Shown here one piece after another: positions 26,764 to 39,100 of a DNA stretch of 64,000 nt. Where the stretch lies: the IMG/VR virus record IMGVR_UViG_3300025889_000102; one strand, given 5' to 3'. The notes beneath the pieces were generated by a model, which was not told the DNA's origin, searched no databases, and was given only the letters and a program-made list of their open reading frames with translations. The position numbers were made by a program, and so were the translations under genes. The number at the start of each line of letters is the position of its first letter. The first letter of the stretch is position 1. The DNA comes from an uncultured virus (IMG/VR IMGVR_UViG_3300025889_000102) (lineage: Duplodnaviria; Heunggongvirae; Uroviricota; Caudoviricetes).

Positions 26764-28860
26764 ATGGCAGACGACGATAGCACAACAGAACCGGCGGCAT
26801 CACAAACTCTATTCAGTGTTGGAGATACATCAAATCCAGATTCACAGTATCCCGGCAGACGATTAAAAAATCCTTTAGGTTTCATGGCAAGTTATACCTA
26901 TAACTGGACTCTTTATCTAGTTACTCCTGAAGTTTATGCTGCATGGACTGTAGCAGGATGTAGAGACGTACCAAATATAGGTAATGGTGCCTATCCTATA
27001 GTTGCTAGCGGTGGTATAAACAATAGTAATAGTGTCTATACCAGAGCAGAAAGTATTCCTTTTGATTATTTCATAGACACTGTAGATATAACTACTATTG
27101 CTGCTTCAAACCAAGCGCAGGGTGGTCCTATAGGTTTCGAATTTAAATTTAGGATCACAGAACCAATGGGTTTTTCATTCATCAATAACATGAAAAAGCT
27201 AGAAAGAGAAGTAGAAGCAAAACATGGATACAAGGCTAGTTTTATAAAACAACAATTTTTAGCAGAAGTAAAATTTTACGGCTGGGACATGGAAGGTAAT
27301 TTAGTTAAGGGATCGGACGTATTTGATAGTTCGGGAGAAATAGATCCCGCTAGCGATGGTAATAGTTTGTTTAAGCGTGTGTTTGATGTTGTTATTCAAG
27401 GCATAACTTTTCAGTTAGGTACTCCTAAAGGTACCCAATATGAGATGAAATTTGTAATAACTAACAGAGATGTACAAGGAGCAAAAACTGGTTGGGTAAA
27501 TAAAGATATCACACTAAGTGGTATAACAGTTGATGAGGATCTTCAGTCGTTGGTTAAACAACTAAACGAACAAGAAGAAAAAGATGTTGCAGATGGAATT
27601 AAAACGTATCCTAACGTTTATAAAATAAGTTATGTAGATGCAGAGTCTGCGGCAATAGGAGCAGCGACAAAGGTTAATCCAGACGATTTACAAAAAACTA
27701 GATTTCCTATGCCCGATATTCAAAACGCTGCCGAATCAACTGAAGCTGCTGCAGCTCAAGCAGCCGCAAATAATGTTCGGCAACCTATCAATAGAGCGGG
27801 CCAATCTATTCTTTTTGTTATCGATGATATCATAAAAAATAGTTCATATATGCGAGAATTATTAACTAAGCTGCTAGCAAATCAAACTCAACCACCACCC
27901 CCTGTACCGGGTCCTGGTACAGGAGACTTTAAAACTCTGGATAATGATAACCAAAGGAAATTGTCTTGGTATACGGTTAGCGTACAATTAGGTACCAATA
28001 GTCCTGCCAGATGGGACCCAAAAATTAATGATTGGGCTTGGAATGTAGAATACAAAATAATTAAAATGTACACTCCGGTTATTACTGCGGCTTACATAGG
28101 AGATCAGTATACTTATTTTGGCCCACATAAAAGATATGAGTATTTGTTTACAGGAAAAAATAGTGATATAATTTCTTACAATCAAAATTTTAACAATCTT
28201 TTTTATCTAATAGCATTTGATAAAGATGGAGAAGGAGAATTTGTAGCACCTGATTCAGCTATATCTAAAAAAGTGGGTCAAACTCAAGGAGATAACCAAA
28301 GCGGTGCAGGTCCGGGTCAACAAGCACAAAATGCTGTGTTAACTAGTTTGTATGATCCATCAACTTATGCTACTGCAAAAATGAGAGTTTTAGGAGATCC
28401 TGATTTCTTGTGCGCTATGCCTCAGGTAACAGCGGGAAGTAGTAGCATAGGAGATACAGTAACCGGAGTATATAATCATTTTTATCATGATGTAGCAGGC
28501 GGTGATAAATTTCAAATAAATCCTCAAGGTTCTGAAGTTTGTGTAGAAGTAGATTTTAAAGAGGGTGTTGACTATCAACAAGATGGAGACGGTTTACTTA
28601 GTATTAACACATCTATACAATTCTGGGAATATCCTGAAGATATAGCGAATATAATAAAGGGTGTAGCCTATAAAGTAATCAGAGTACAGCATAATTTTTC
28701 GGCTGGTAAATATGAAATGGAAATGTCAATGATTCCTATAGTATTTCCTAAGGGCGGAGTGTTAAAAGTAGTGAATGAACAAGGCGAAATAACAGATGCT
28801 CCTCCTGCGGATGGCGGGGGTGAGGGTGAGGCAGCTGCTGCCGGGGATACTGAGGCCTGA
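26764..28860 (+). CDS. baseplate hub protein (gp27-like)
   Basis: Lies between gp53-like and gp5-like genes; C-terminal MRVLGDPDFL...GVAYKVIRVQHNFSAGKYEMEM is typical of hub proteins. Confidence 0.6.
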   Translation: MADDDSTTEPAASQTLFSVGDTSNPDSQYPGRRLKNPLGFMASYTYNWTLYLVTPEVYAAWTVAGCRDVPNIGNGAYPIVASGGINNSNSVYTRAESIPFDYFIDTVDITTIAASNQAQGGPIGFEFKFRITEPMGFSFINNMKKLEREVEAKHGYKASFIKQQFLAEVKFYGWDMEGNLVKGSDVFDSSGEIDPASDGNSLFKRVFDVVIQGITFQLGTPKGTQYEMKFVITNRDVQGAKTGWVNKDITLSGITVDEDLQSLVKQLNEQEEKDVADGIKTYPNVYKISYVDAESAAIGAATKVNPDDLQKTRFPMPDIQNAAESTEAAAAQAAANNVRQPINRAGQSILFVIDDIIKNSSYMRELLTKLLANQTQPPPPVPGPGTGDFKTLDNDNQRKLSWYTVSVQLGTNSPARWDPKINDWAWNVEYKIIKMYTPVITAAYIGDQYTYFGPHKRYEYLFTGKNSDIISYNQNFNNLFYLIAFDKDGEGEFVAPDSAISKKVGQTQGDNQSGAGPGQQAQNAVLTSLYDPSTYATAKMRVLGDPDFLCAMPQVTAGSSSIGDTVTGVYNHFYHDVAGGDKFQINPQGSEVCVEVDFKEGVDYQQDGDGLLSINTSIQFWEYPEDIANIIKGVAYKVIRVQHNFSAGKYEMEMSMIPIVFPKGGVLKVVNEQGEITDAPPADGGGEGEAAAAGDTEA

Positions 28861-28884
28861 AGATAACGGAAGAGGTTAACAACA

Positions 28885-31800
28885 ATGGCAGAGAATACAA
28901 CAAAAATTAAGGGTCCGTTGAAATCAGACACACCGGCTGCCGGTGGGGCTACATCTAAGCCGTATCCTATCATAGGTACAGTAAAAAATAATATTGATCC
29001 TCTACGCATGGGTAGAATGCAAGTATATCTAGACTATGGTACAGGAACTGATCCAGATGATGCTACTCAATGGCGAACAGTTCGCTGGGCCATGCCATAT
29101 TATGGTGTGACAAGACCACAAGCATCAGACGATAACTGGGGAGATTTCGTAGCGAATCCTACTTCATACGGAATGTGGTATTCACCGCCTGATATAGGTA
29201 CTAAAGTTATTTGCATATTCATACAAGGTAAAGATGATTATGGATACGTGATTGCTGCTATTCCTGATCCTGAAACCCTTCATATGATACCTGCGATAGG
29301 TGCTTCAGACAATGTTGTGTTAAATGGTGGTGAGGCTAGTTCATATGGTGGTGCTACAAGATTACCAGTAACTAATTTAAATATACAAAATACAGGCCTT
29401 TCAGAAGGACTAAACTTTTTAAATGAGGCTAAACCAGTACACAGTTATAGTGCTATGGCCATGCACCAACAAGGTATATTAAGAGATCCTGTGCGAGGTG
29501 CTATAGGTTGTAGTGCTAATAGAGAAAGCCCTTCTAGAGTTGGTTTCGGTGTAAGCACTCCGGGTAGACCCATATATGAAGGTGGTTATGATGACGCAGC
29601 CATTGCTAGTGCAGCGAACCCTGACACTCCACCTGAAAACTTGCGCGTTATCGCTAGAAGGGGCGGTCATTCTTTTATTATGGACGACGGAGACATAATA
29701 GGTAGAGATTGTGTAATAAGATTAAGAACTGCGCTGGGTCATCAAATTTTAATGAGTGATGATGGTCAAGTAATAAGCATACTAGCGTCTAACGGACAAG
29801 CATATATAGAGTTAGGTAAAGAAGGTACAGTAGATATTTTTGCTACTAATTCTATCAATCTTAGAACTCAAGGTGATTTAAACTTCCACGCAGATAGAAA
29901 TATCAACTTTCATGCTGTTGAAGACATTAATATGAAGACAGGCAAGAATTTAAATATTGACACAGAGAAGAAGTTTAGTCATAGGATAGGAAAAGACTCA
30001 CAAGTATCTACGGGCGGTAAACATACACATAAAGTTAGTAATGCTTGCAGTTTTGAATCAGGCGGTGACATATCATTGGCTAGTGTTGCTATAGCATATG
30101 TTAATGGATCAAAAGTAAACTTAAATTCAGGTGCCACATCTACTATTCCTTTAGAAGTAGATCCTATACCATTGCTTGCTCATACAGACACATTATGGGA
30201 TCAATCAGTAGGATGGGCCGCTGTTCCCGGATATCTGCTAAGTGTGGCTAACAGAGTCCCTGCCCATTATCCGTGGGCTAACGCAGGACAGGGCGTAGAC
30301 GCTAAAGTAGATTCAGACGCGGCTAGTAACTTACCAGCAGCACCTACATCAGCAGCATCTGCGGTGAACCAAGCAGCAGGATTAGATCCTCCTATACCTA
30401 CTTCAGTAGCAGCAGGAGCAGCCATGCCAGCAGTAGGTGGAGCAAGCGCGGCGCTAGATCAAAATACTACTAGCAACATGTTGGGAGGAGTAGCAACTAC
30501 GGTTGCTAATGGACCAGCAGCCGCTGCTACACAAACAGGCAGTGCTATTGTAGATGGAACAGCGTTTATAGGACAGTTTGGTCAAACACCTGAACAAATG
30601 GAACTGGGTGGATATCTGAAGCCAGGGTCATCTACACTTGTCAATAGTTTAGTAGAATCAGGGTCTAATGCGTTTGCATCTATGACCAATAACTTGTTTA
30701 CTGGTAAAGATGGTGTTAATAGTTTACAACAATTCATAGATAATATAGATACTCAAGCCTCATCTATGGTCAAGAATTTTCAAGCATCACAAAATTATTT
30801 TACTGCTGCTGGAGTAATGACAGGTAAAGAACATCCTACGCAGATAGCAGGTATAATACAAGCAGGTGTTACTCAAGGATTAGAAAATACTTTGAACACA
30901 GTTATAAATGGCTCAGGCGCCGCTGCGACACTAAAGGAAATCGCTTCGGGTAATTTTGCTGCTACATTAGCAGAAAACGTTACCAGCGGAAAAGCTTCTA
31001 TTTCTGCTGCACTAAATTTAGCACAACAACCCCCAAGTTTAGAAAGTTTATCAGCAACAGCGAAAGGTATAGCAGCATCAGCGTTTGCTCAGATTACTGC
31101 GGGATTCAAACCCTTTGAAGCAGGTGTACCACAAAATCTAAAAGAAATAGCCAAACAAGCAAGAGAATCGGTGCAGGGAATTGATATAGGTGATGCATTA
31201 GTAGGGGCGGCTACTTCTAGTTTATCTTCGGCAATAGCAACAGGAGTAAACAATCTGATAGGTGGTCAGAGTACAGTAAACAACATCGTAAATCAAAGTC
31301 AAAGTGCTATTAATGATCTAGCAAGTGATGTTAATAATTTGATCAATTCTAATAATGACTTGTCAGGTAATCAATTAAACAATCTAAACAATCTTAGCGA
31401 TAGTTTAGATTCAGCAGTTGGATCATTGAACAATACGCTTAATAATCTAGGTAGTTCGTTAATGGATGAGGCTAGCAATTTATTAAATAATGCTATAGAA
31501 ACCGAATTAAATGAACAGTTTAACAATCTAGTTGATAGTATATCTGGAGGCATTTCGTCTGGACTATCACAACTTGGTTTATCTAATTCTGCTGCTACTG
31601 AACTAATGTCAGCCATATCCGCTCTTGGATCAGGTGGTTCTGCTAGCATTAAATTGCCTTCAGTAGGAACTAATACTTTTAACAGAGCAGGTTTAACTGC
31701 TGCTATAAGCAATGTGTTGGGCAATCCTAAGATACCTATGCCAAATTTTGCAGGTGAAGTCGCAGGCGCGGCAGTAAGTGCTGCTGAGGGTTTAATAGAA

Positions 31801-31968
31801 AATCTAAAGTCTAAGATAGATGAAAATCAACAAAAATCTGATAAGGTGTTTAGTATAGAAGAAGCAGAAGCAGCATTCAATGAAGCAGAAAGGAATTATC
31901 CACCCGGTGATCCTAGAATAGTTGCGGCATATCAAGCGTATGTAGACGCAGTATACGCTAGCCTATAA
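28885..31968 (+). CDS. baseplate central spike (gp5/VgrG-like OB-fold plus beta-helix) with long C-terminal extension
   Basis: IGTVKNNIDPLRMGRMQVY...GMWYSPPDIGTKVICIF (OB-fold), GGHSFIMDDG...IRLRTALGHQILMSD, then beta-helix-type repeats. Confidence 0.85.
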   Translation: MAENTTKIKGPLKSDTPAAGGATSKPYPIIGTVKNNIDPLRMGRMQVYLDYGTGTDPDDATQWRTVRWAMPYYGVTRPQASDDNWGDFVANPTSYGMWYSPPDIGTKVICIFIQGKDDYGYVIAAIPDPETLHMIPAIGASDNVVLNGGEASSYGGATRLPVTNLNIQNTGLSEGLNFLNEAKPVHSYSAMAMHQQGILRDPVRGAIGCSANRESPSRVGFGVSTPGRPIYEGGYDDAAIASAANPDTPPENLRVIARRGGHSFIMDDGDIIGRDCVIRLRTALGHQILMSDDGQVISILASNGQAYIELGKEGTVDIFATNSINLRTQGDLNFHADRNINFHAVEDINMKTGKNLNIDTEKKFSHRIGKDSQVSTGGKHTHKVSNACSFESGGDISLASVAIAYVNGSKVNLNSGATSTIPLEVDPIPLLAHTDTLWDQSVGWAAVPGYLLSVANRVPAHYPWANAGQGVDAKVDSDAASNLPAAPTSAASAVNQAAGLDPPIPTSVAAGAAMPAVGGASAALDQNTTSNMLGGVATTVANGPAAAATQTGSAIVDGTAFIGQFGQTPEQMELGGYLKPGSSTLVNSLVESGSNAFASMTNNLFTGKDGVNSLQQFIDNIDTQASSMVKNFQASQNYFTAAGVMTGKEHPTQIAGIIQAGVTQGLENTLNTVINGSGAAATLKEIASGNFAATLAENVTSGKASISAALNLAQQPPSLESLSATAKGIAASAFAQITAGFKPFEAGVPQNLKEIAKQARESVQGIDIGDALVGAATSSLSSAIATGVNNLIGGQSTVNNIVNQSQSAINDLASDVNNLINSNNDLSGNQLNNLNNLSDSLDSAVGSLNNTLNNLGSSLMDEASNLLNNAIETELNEQFNNLVDSISGGISSGLSQLGLSNSAATELMSAISALGSGGSASIKLPSVGTNTFNRAGLTAAISNVLGNPKIPMPNFAGEVAGAAVSAAEGLIENLKSKIDENQQKSDKVFSIEEAEAAFNEAERNYPPGDPRIVAAYQAYVDAVYASL

Positions 31969-31999
31969 AGTAGACTATTTTTAACTGATAAATAATATT

Positions 32000-32635
32000 A
32001 TGGCAACATATATAGGATTTTCCACTCAGTTTTCTTGCCCACCTATAAGTTCAGAAGAGGGTCTTTCCGGTGTAGGAACAGGTAATGTAACTTCGGGTTA
32101 TGTTAGTACTTTTACTACTATATCACCACGAAATTCTAACTTAACTACAGGTACTACTACAGGTACTATGGCCACTGGAATCAGCACAGGCACATATAGC
32201 ATAACAAAGAGTTCTAGACCTAAAACAACTGATGCTAGACCAGGATATGCAGGTGCTCCCGGAACAATACTTCAACCAGTAGTTCCCGGTAAAAAATTTA
32301 GAATAGTTGACGAAAAACTGGTGTTATTAGATTTAATAAATGCATTGAATATCAGGGAAGGTGAAAAAGTAGGTAATCCGGGCTATGGTTGCAGGATATG
32401 GAACATAGTATTTGAACCAAACGATTTAGAATCTAGGAAATTGTTAGAAACTGAGATAAGAAGAGTAGCTTCTCAAGATAAAAGAATTATTATAAATAAC
32501 ACTACTACTTATTACGCACAGAACGGTATTTTAGTAGAATTAGAGATATCCGTAACTCCCTTCAATAATGTATTCAATTCTAGAATAGCATTTGACGTAG
32601 AAGACGGCAGAGCGACATTTGCCTCTTTAGCTTAA
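32000..32635 (+). CDS. gp25: baseplate wedge / sheath initiator (T4 gp25-like)
   Basis: DLINALNIREGEKVGNPGYGCRIWNIVFEP...DKRI gp25 pattern; GATAAATA at 31987-31994. Confidence 0.85.
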   Translation: MATYIGFSTQFSCPPISSEEGLSGVGTGNVTSGYVSTFTTISPRNSNLTTGTTTGTMATGISTGTYSITKSSRPKTTDARPGYAGAPGTILQPVVPGKKFRIVDEKLVLLDLINALNIREGEKVGNPGYGCRIWNIVFEPNDLESRKLLETEIRRVASQDKRIIINNTTTYYAQNGILVELEISVTPFNNVFNSRIAFDVEDGRATFASLA

Positions 32636-32684
32636 AAAGTAGCATTTTTACCTTTGATAAATAATTAATTAGCAGAGATAAGAT

Positions 32685-35600
32685 ATGGCTACAAGTTCTA
32701 GACAAGCAGCACTATTTGGTATAAATGACTGGAAAGCAATTTATCAGACTTTTCGTGAGGCTGATTTCCGCAGTTACGATTATGAAACTCTCAGAAAGAG
32801 TTTTATAGACTATTTGAAAATTTATTACCCAGAAACTTATAACGATTATATTGAAAGTTCAGAATTTATTGCTTTACTAGACGTAATAGCATTCATGGGT
32901 CAAGGTCTAGCATTTAGAAATGACTTGAATGCTAGAGAAAATTTTATAGATACTGCTGAACGCAGAGATTCAGTAATCAAATTAGCGAATCTAGTTGGAT
33001 ATACCCCAAAACGCAACTTAGCGGGACAGGGTTATTTAAAGATCAACAGCATTAGAACCACTCAGAGTATTACTGATCTTAACGGTTTTAATCTGAGCAA
33101 TTCTACTATATTATGGAACGATCCTGCAAATCCAAATTGGCTAGAGCAATTCAACACTATATTAAATGCTACATTGATCGACAGTCAAAGAATAGGCAGA
33201 CCCGGCAACACTACAGAAATTTTAAATGTCATTACTAGCGAATACTCTATGAGAATTCCTAATAATACAATACCTACTGCTCCATTTAAAACAGACATTG
33301 ATGGAGTTTCTACTAGTTTTGAGTTAGTTAGTGTTTCTACTGTAGGAACTAATTCTGTATATGAATTACCCCCAGCACCTAGCGGCAGATTTAATTTTTT
33401 GTTTAGAAATGATCGTCTTGGATTTGGTAGTCCTAACAATGGATACTTTTTCTATTTTAAACAGGGCACATTAAGAACTTCAGAATTTTCTATTCGTCAA
33501 TTAGTGTCTAATCAAGTAGTACCTATAGATATAGAGGGTATCAATAATACTGATACTTGGTTATATCAAGTCAACTCTGACAATACTTTAGATTTATGGC
33601 AGCAAGTAGAAAACATATATGCAGACGCATATCTACAACAAGAAGCCTCTCAGAGAAAAATATTTTCTGTAAATTCTCGCTTCAACGATCAAGTAAGTTA
33701 TATATTTGGTGACGGAGTATTTTCTAAAATTCCTATAGGTAATTTTAGAGCATATCTAAGACAAACAAATGCCGAAACATATACCATTGATCCACTAGAA
33801 ATGCAAGGTGTTACTGTATCATTTAATTATGTTTCTAGAGTAGGAAGAGTAGAACAGTTGTTAGTAGGTCTTGAACTTCAAGTACCGGTTTCTAATGCTC
33901 AAGCAAGAGAGTCATTAAGCGACATCAAATTAAGAGCACCTACTAGATTCTATACTCAAAACAGAATGGTTAATGGTGAAGACTACAACAATTTCCCATA
34001 TACATATTATAGTTCTATTATAAAGAGTAAAGCAATTAACCGTTCCTCGGTAGGTGTTTCTAAAAATCTTGATTTACTAGATGCTACTAAGAAGTATTCT
34101 AGCACCAACTCATTTGGTGACGACGGTGCATTATATCAAGAAGAAAATGAAGGGTATCTAAAACTATCAATCACTAATACTAGTGATATTATTTCTTTCT
34201 TAACTTCTACACTATCATCTGCTTTAGCAAGTAATGATACTAATCAGTATTATATCGTTAATTCAGGTGATCAGCCAACTGATTTTTATAAGAGATTTAA
34301 CATCAACGAAGCATCAGGTGATGGTACTGTATATTGGCAATCAAGTATAGTAGATGCTAATACAAGCAATGGTTATTTTTATAATATAGATAGTTTGAAT
34401 ACAGTTCCTGTATTTTTAGGAACATATTCTTCAACTAATCTGAAATATGTGACTATAGGAGCATTAGTAAAGTTTGTGGCTCCTGCAGGTTATTACTTTG
34501 ATAACAATAATAGATTGATAGCAGGCATTCCTTCTGCTTCAGATAAAACACATTTATGGACAACAATTCTAAATGTCATAGCAGATGGTAGCAATAATGC
34601 GAAAGGTAATTTTCCTAACGGCAACGGTCCTGTAACTATTAATGGTTATATACCAGCTGGTGCGATATTAACACAAGTAATACCAGTATTTGATAATTCT
34701 TTATCACCAGAAATTATTCAAGAATGCTTGATCAATATAGAATTAGCAAAAGATTTCTTGTTGATTTTTGATAATACTTTAACTATTGATAAAGAAAGAT
34801 GGTCTCTAGACGTTGACATGAGTAACACAAATTATTTTGTGAAATTCATAGCCAACGCAGTTAATGAGTATACTGTAACTTACAAATCCTTAAAGTATTA
34901 TTTTGGTAGTGTTAGTGACACTAGATTTACATTCGCAAAAGATGAACTTGTATATGATCCTTTCTCAGGTAAATTACTACAAGATTTCGTAAATGTATTA
35001 TCTACTAATGTAGCACCTGATTCTACTTACGCATTAGGTAAAGATTACAGAGTAAATATCATAGGACAAACTTTAGAATCAGATGGTTATGCTAACGACT
35101 ATCAAGTAGAAGTATCGTCAACTGATACTAACAATAATCAAGTTTTTGTCAACCCAGACTTTTTTGAAGAATTAACTGGTGTTGAAGTAGGTAGCAGCAA
35201 CATAGGTAAATATGTTTTCTTTGAATTAATTGAAGATGCAGTAAATCTATCAAGATATCAAATAGTTCCTTCTGCTGACATTGTTTATACATATCCAACT
35301 GAAGCACTAGTAGAAGTGAACAAGTATGAATATCCATTAGGAACTGTCTTTTACGCATACAATGAAATAGTAGTTGACAGCGAAAGAAACGGAGTATTTT
35401 ATAAAACAGTTCAAGACCCAACTATTACTAGCCCATTTTATATTTTAGTAGAGCAACCTCAATATACAGTAAAATCAGGCAGACAAGGATTTAGATATCA
35501 GTATCGTCATAATTCTAACAATACTACTAGAATAGATCCTGCTACTACTAACATTATAGATTTGTATCTAGTTACTCAATCATATTATACAGCATATGAA

Positions 35601-36104
35601 AACTGGATCAGAGACACCACTGGTACTTTAGTAGAACCAGATGCTCCTACTATCGCAGAACTAAACATTGAGTACAGCAAGTTGCAAGATTACAAAATGA
35701 TCAGCGATAGCGTTATATTAAATAGTGTAGTGTTTAAACCTTTATTTGGTCCTAAGGCTGATCCTGCTTTAAGGGGAACAATAAAAGTAATTAAAGATTC
35801 AACAACAGGTGCTAGTAACAGCGAGATTAAAAGTGCGGTATTATCAACTATGAATGAATACTTTAGCGTAAACAACTGGGACTTTGGGGATACATTTTAT
35901 TTCTCTGAATTAAGTGCTTACTTGCACGAACAATTAGGAGAGTTAATTAATTCTGCGGTATTAGTACCAGCAGACCCAACGAAACCATTTGGAGATTTGT
36001 ATGAGATAAAGTGTGCTCCATATGAGATATTTGTGAATGGTGCTACAGCAGATGACATTCAAGTTATCGCTGCGTTGACCCCGGATCAGTTACAGGTTAG
36101 ATAA
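32685..36104 (+). CDS. gp6: baseplate wedge subunit (T4 gp6-like)
   Basis: [13 protein letters not shown]...NDYIESS...LLDVIA...[63 protein letters not shown] at 32656-32663. Confidence 0.9.
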   Translation: MATSSRQAALFGINDWKAIYQTFREADFRSYDYETLRKSFIDYLKIYYPETYNDYIESSEFIALLDVIAFMGQGLAFRNDLNARENFIDTAERRDSVIKLANLVGYTPKRNLAGQGYLKINSIRTTQSITDLNGFNLSNSTILWNDPANPNWLEQFNTILNATLIDSQRIGRPGNTTEILNVITSEYSMRIPNNTIPTAPFKTDIDGVSTSFELVSVSTVGTNSVYELPPAPSGRFNFLFRNDRLGFGSPNNGYFFYFKQGTLRTSEFSIRQLVSNQVVPIDIEGINNTDTWLYQVNSDNTLDLWQQVENIYADAYLQQEASQRKIFSVNSRFNDQVSYIFGDGVFSKIPIGNFRAYLRQTNAETYTIDPLEMQGVTVSFNYVSRVGRVEQLLVGLELQVPVSNAQARESLSDIKLRAPTRFYTQNRMVNGEDYNNFPYTYYSSIIKSKAINRSSVGVSKNLDLLDATKKYSSTNSFGDDGALYQEENEGYLKLSITNTSDIISFLTSTLSSALASNDTNQYYIVNSGDQPTDFYKRFNINEASGDGTVYWQSSIVDANTSNGYFYNIDSLNTVPVFLGTYSSTNLKYVTIGALVKFVAPAGYYFDNNNRLIAGIPSASDKTHLWTTILNVIADGSNNAKGNFPNGNGPVTINGYIPAGAILTQVIPVFDNSLSPEIIQECLINIELAKDFLLIFDNTLTIDKERWSLDVDMSNTNYFVKFIANAVNEYTVTYKSLKYYFGSVSDTRFTFAKDELVYDPFSGKLLQDFVNVLSTNVAPDSTYALGKDYRVNIIGQTLESDGYANDYQVEVSSTDTNNNQVFVNPDFFEELTGVEVGSSNIGKYVFFELIEDAVNLSRYQIVPSADIVYTYPTEALVEVNKYEYPLGTVFYAYNEIVVDSERNGVFYKTVQDPTITSPFYILVEQPQYTVKSGRQGFRYQYRHNSNNTTRIDPATTNIIDLYLVTQSYYTAYENWIRDTTGTLVEPDAPTIAELNIEYSKLQDYKMISDSVILNSVVFKPLFGPKADPALRGTIKVIKDSTTGASNSEIKSAVLSTMNEYFSVNNWDFGDTFYFSELSAYLHEQLGELINSAVLVPADPTKPFGDLYEIKCAPYEIFVNGATADDIQVIAALTPDQLQVR

Positions 36105-36106
36105 AA

Positions 36107-39100
36107 ATGGCTAGAATTAGAACACTTAACTTCTTACCAGAAATATTTCAAACATCGCCCAACCAGCAAATACTTACTGCTTCGCTAGATCAGTTAGTTA
36201 ATCCTCCGCAACTATTAAAAGTTCAGGGCTACGTTGGTAGTAAGATCGGGTATGGAGTAGACGCTAATGATTACTATGTACCTGAACCTACTAAAGTAAG
36301 ACAAGACTATCAATTAAGTCCTGGAGTAGTATTCACCCGTCCAGATCAGTCAGCAGCACAAGATTTCTTAACTTATCCCGGTTTGTTAGACGGGCTAGAG
36401 TTAGCAGGTAGCGTTGTAGATAATAATAACAATTTATTTGAATCAGAAATTTATTCTTGGGATTCTTTTACTGAATTAGACAAGTTAATTAATTATCACC
36501 AGTATTACTGGATACCTGCAGGTCCCCCAGCAGTAACTGTAGCAAGCGCAGTAGTGTATGCTATCAACAACTACGTAGTAACAGATTTAGCCAATGGTTA
36601 TAACATAAGAGCTGTAGGATCAGGATCAGGCGCGATTAATCCAACCCTTACTTTATTAAGGGGAGGCACATATACTTTCGCAGTTAATCAAGATAGTCCA
36701 TTCTGGATTCAAGGTGAACCGGGAGTAAGTGGAACTAGCCTGAGTAATCCAAATTTAAATGTACGAGAAATATTTGGGGTATCAAATAATGGTGCTTCAT
36801 CAGGCGTTGTAACATTTTCTGTACCACCAGCAAACGCTCAAGACGCATTTTTATTACCGGGTAACAGTACAGTAGACATCGTGTCTACTAAACCATTCAG
36901 CGAAATTAATGGCAAGAAATTATCTGAGATAGTAAGTATTGATGGGGTAAATCAACTTCTAGGCAAAACTGTATTGTTTTACAATACTGGCTCTCCTGAC
37001 GAAGTTGGATATGTATCTTCTTATAATGATGAAGTTAATTATGATGTTAACAATCCTATCTTTGATGATCCTTCTACAGAAATTCAAATAGCAGCCTCTG
37101 CACCTAACTTCTTTACTATGGCTTCAGGTAGTACTTCGTTATTTGCTGTCAATGATACTATAGTATTTTCTGGTGGATTGGGTGGGGTAGTACCTGATCA
37201 GGTTTATTACATAAAAGAAATACTAAGCGGATCTACATTTACTATTAGTCAAACTTTAGGTGGACCAGAAGTAACTTTATCTACAGAAATTACATCTACT
37301 ACTGCTTATATCAACATAGGTTTTTATGAAGAAGGCTATTACACGAACGTAAATGACAATTTTTATACCATAACATATGTAGGCAGCGATCCTGTGTTAA
37401 GATTAGTGCCTAGTGGCTCTATACCTACTATGGAAAAAATTACTGCACAGTTAGGACAAAACTATCAAGGAGTAGGGTTTTATAAAGATATTTTTGGTGT
37501 AATACAAAGAATTCCCTATATATCAGCACCATTAGAAACTTTGTACTATCAAGACGGTGACAGCCCAAACAAAGTTGGCTTGATAAAAATTGTTGATAAC
37601 AATCTTTTCAATGAATTAGATGTTGAAAGAGACATATTAGGAAAGAAAAATTTCACTTCTACTAATGGAATCACATTTACTAATGGATTAAAAGTAAGAT
37701 TTGATGGTGACGTAGTACCTAGAAAATATTTGACAGATGAATATTACGTAGAAGGTGTCGGTACTGCGATAGAATTAATACCTGTTTCTGAATTGGTAGT
37801 ACCAGAAGATTATGCTAATGATATTGATGTACCCTGGGATTCTACTAATTATGATATGGCTCCTTACGACAGCGCATTATCAGTTCCCGAATATCCAGAT
37901 TACATGACTGTGGCTAGAAATGCTTTAAGCAGAAATCCATGGTCTAGAAGCAATCGCTGGTTCCATATAGAAGTTATAGAGGCTACGGCTACTTATAATA
38001 ATGATCCTTCTATATTATCAAGATTTACTTCTGGTAGTAGTAAAGCCAAGAGACCCATCATTGAATTTTATCCAAACTTGAAATTATTTGAGTCAGGTAC
38101 TCTAGGCAAGAAACCAATAGACTTTATTGATCACAGAGCAACTGATGCTTTATCCGATGTAGCAGGATTATATAATTATTATCCTGACGTAGAAGTTTAT
38201 ACTGATTTTTCTGCAACTATTAATAGCGCAGGTGCTAATTTTATTGGAACGATTGTTACTACTACACTAACTGTGTCGTCATTAACGTCAGGCGAGATTG
38301 TACCTGGATCATACATATATGGATTCAACATTCCACAAAACATGAAAATAGTTTCACAACTAACAGGAACACCAGGTGGAGTTGGTACTTATGAAGTTAG
38401 TATCGGATATACTAGTTTACCCAATATTGAAATAGAATCAAGAATTAATACAGCAACAATAACGATAGACAGCGATCAAGTAACTGGTAAATTCTTAGTA
38501 GGACAATATGTTAATGATTTAACGGGAATACTACCTAGTGATACGCAGATATCTGAGATATCAGGTGATACTACTTTAACTCTTACTTTAGTATTTGATG
38601 ATTATCTAAGAATACTAGAGACTACAGATCAATCACTAGTAGCAAATCGTAAACCAAACGAAACATACAAGTTGTTTGATGGAGCAAGAATTGTATTTGC
38701 TGGTGATAATGATCCTGAAATAAGATCAAAAGTATTTACAGCAGACTTGTCTACGATAACACCGGGGTCAAGACCTATATTAACATTTAGTGAGACTTTC
38801 GACAGTCCCGCACTATTTGACGAACAAACAATAGTATTAAGAGGTTACAATAACAAAGGTAAGAGTTATCTTTATGATGGCTTAGATTGGCAAGCGGGAC
38901 AACAAAAAACTGATGTAAATCAACCTCCCCTGTTTGACATTTTTGATTACAACGGGGTGAGTTTCAGCGACACTTCAGTTTATCTAGGTACATCTTTCAG
39001 GGGAACAAAATTATTTGCATATGGTATAGGTTCGGGACCAGACGATCCTATATTAGATTTCCCATTAAAGTATAGCAGCGTTAACAACATAGGTGATATC

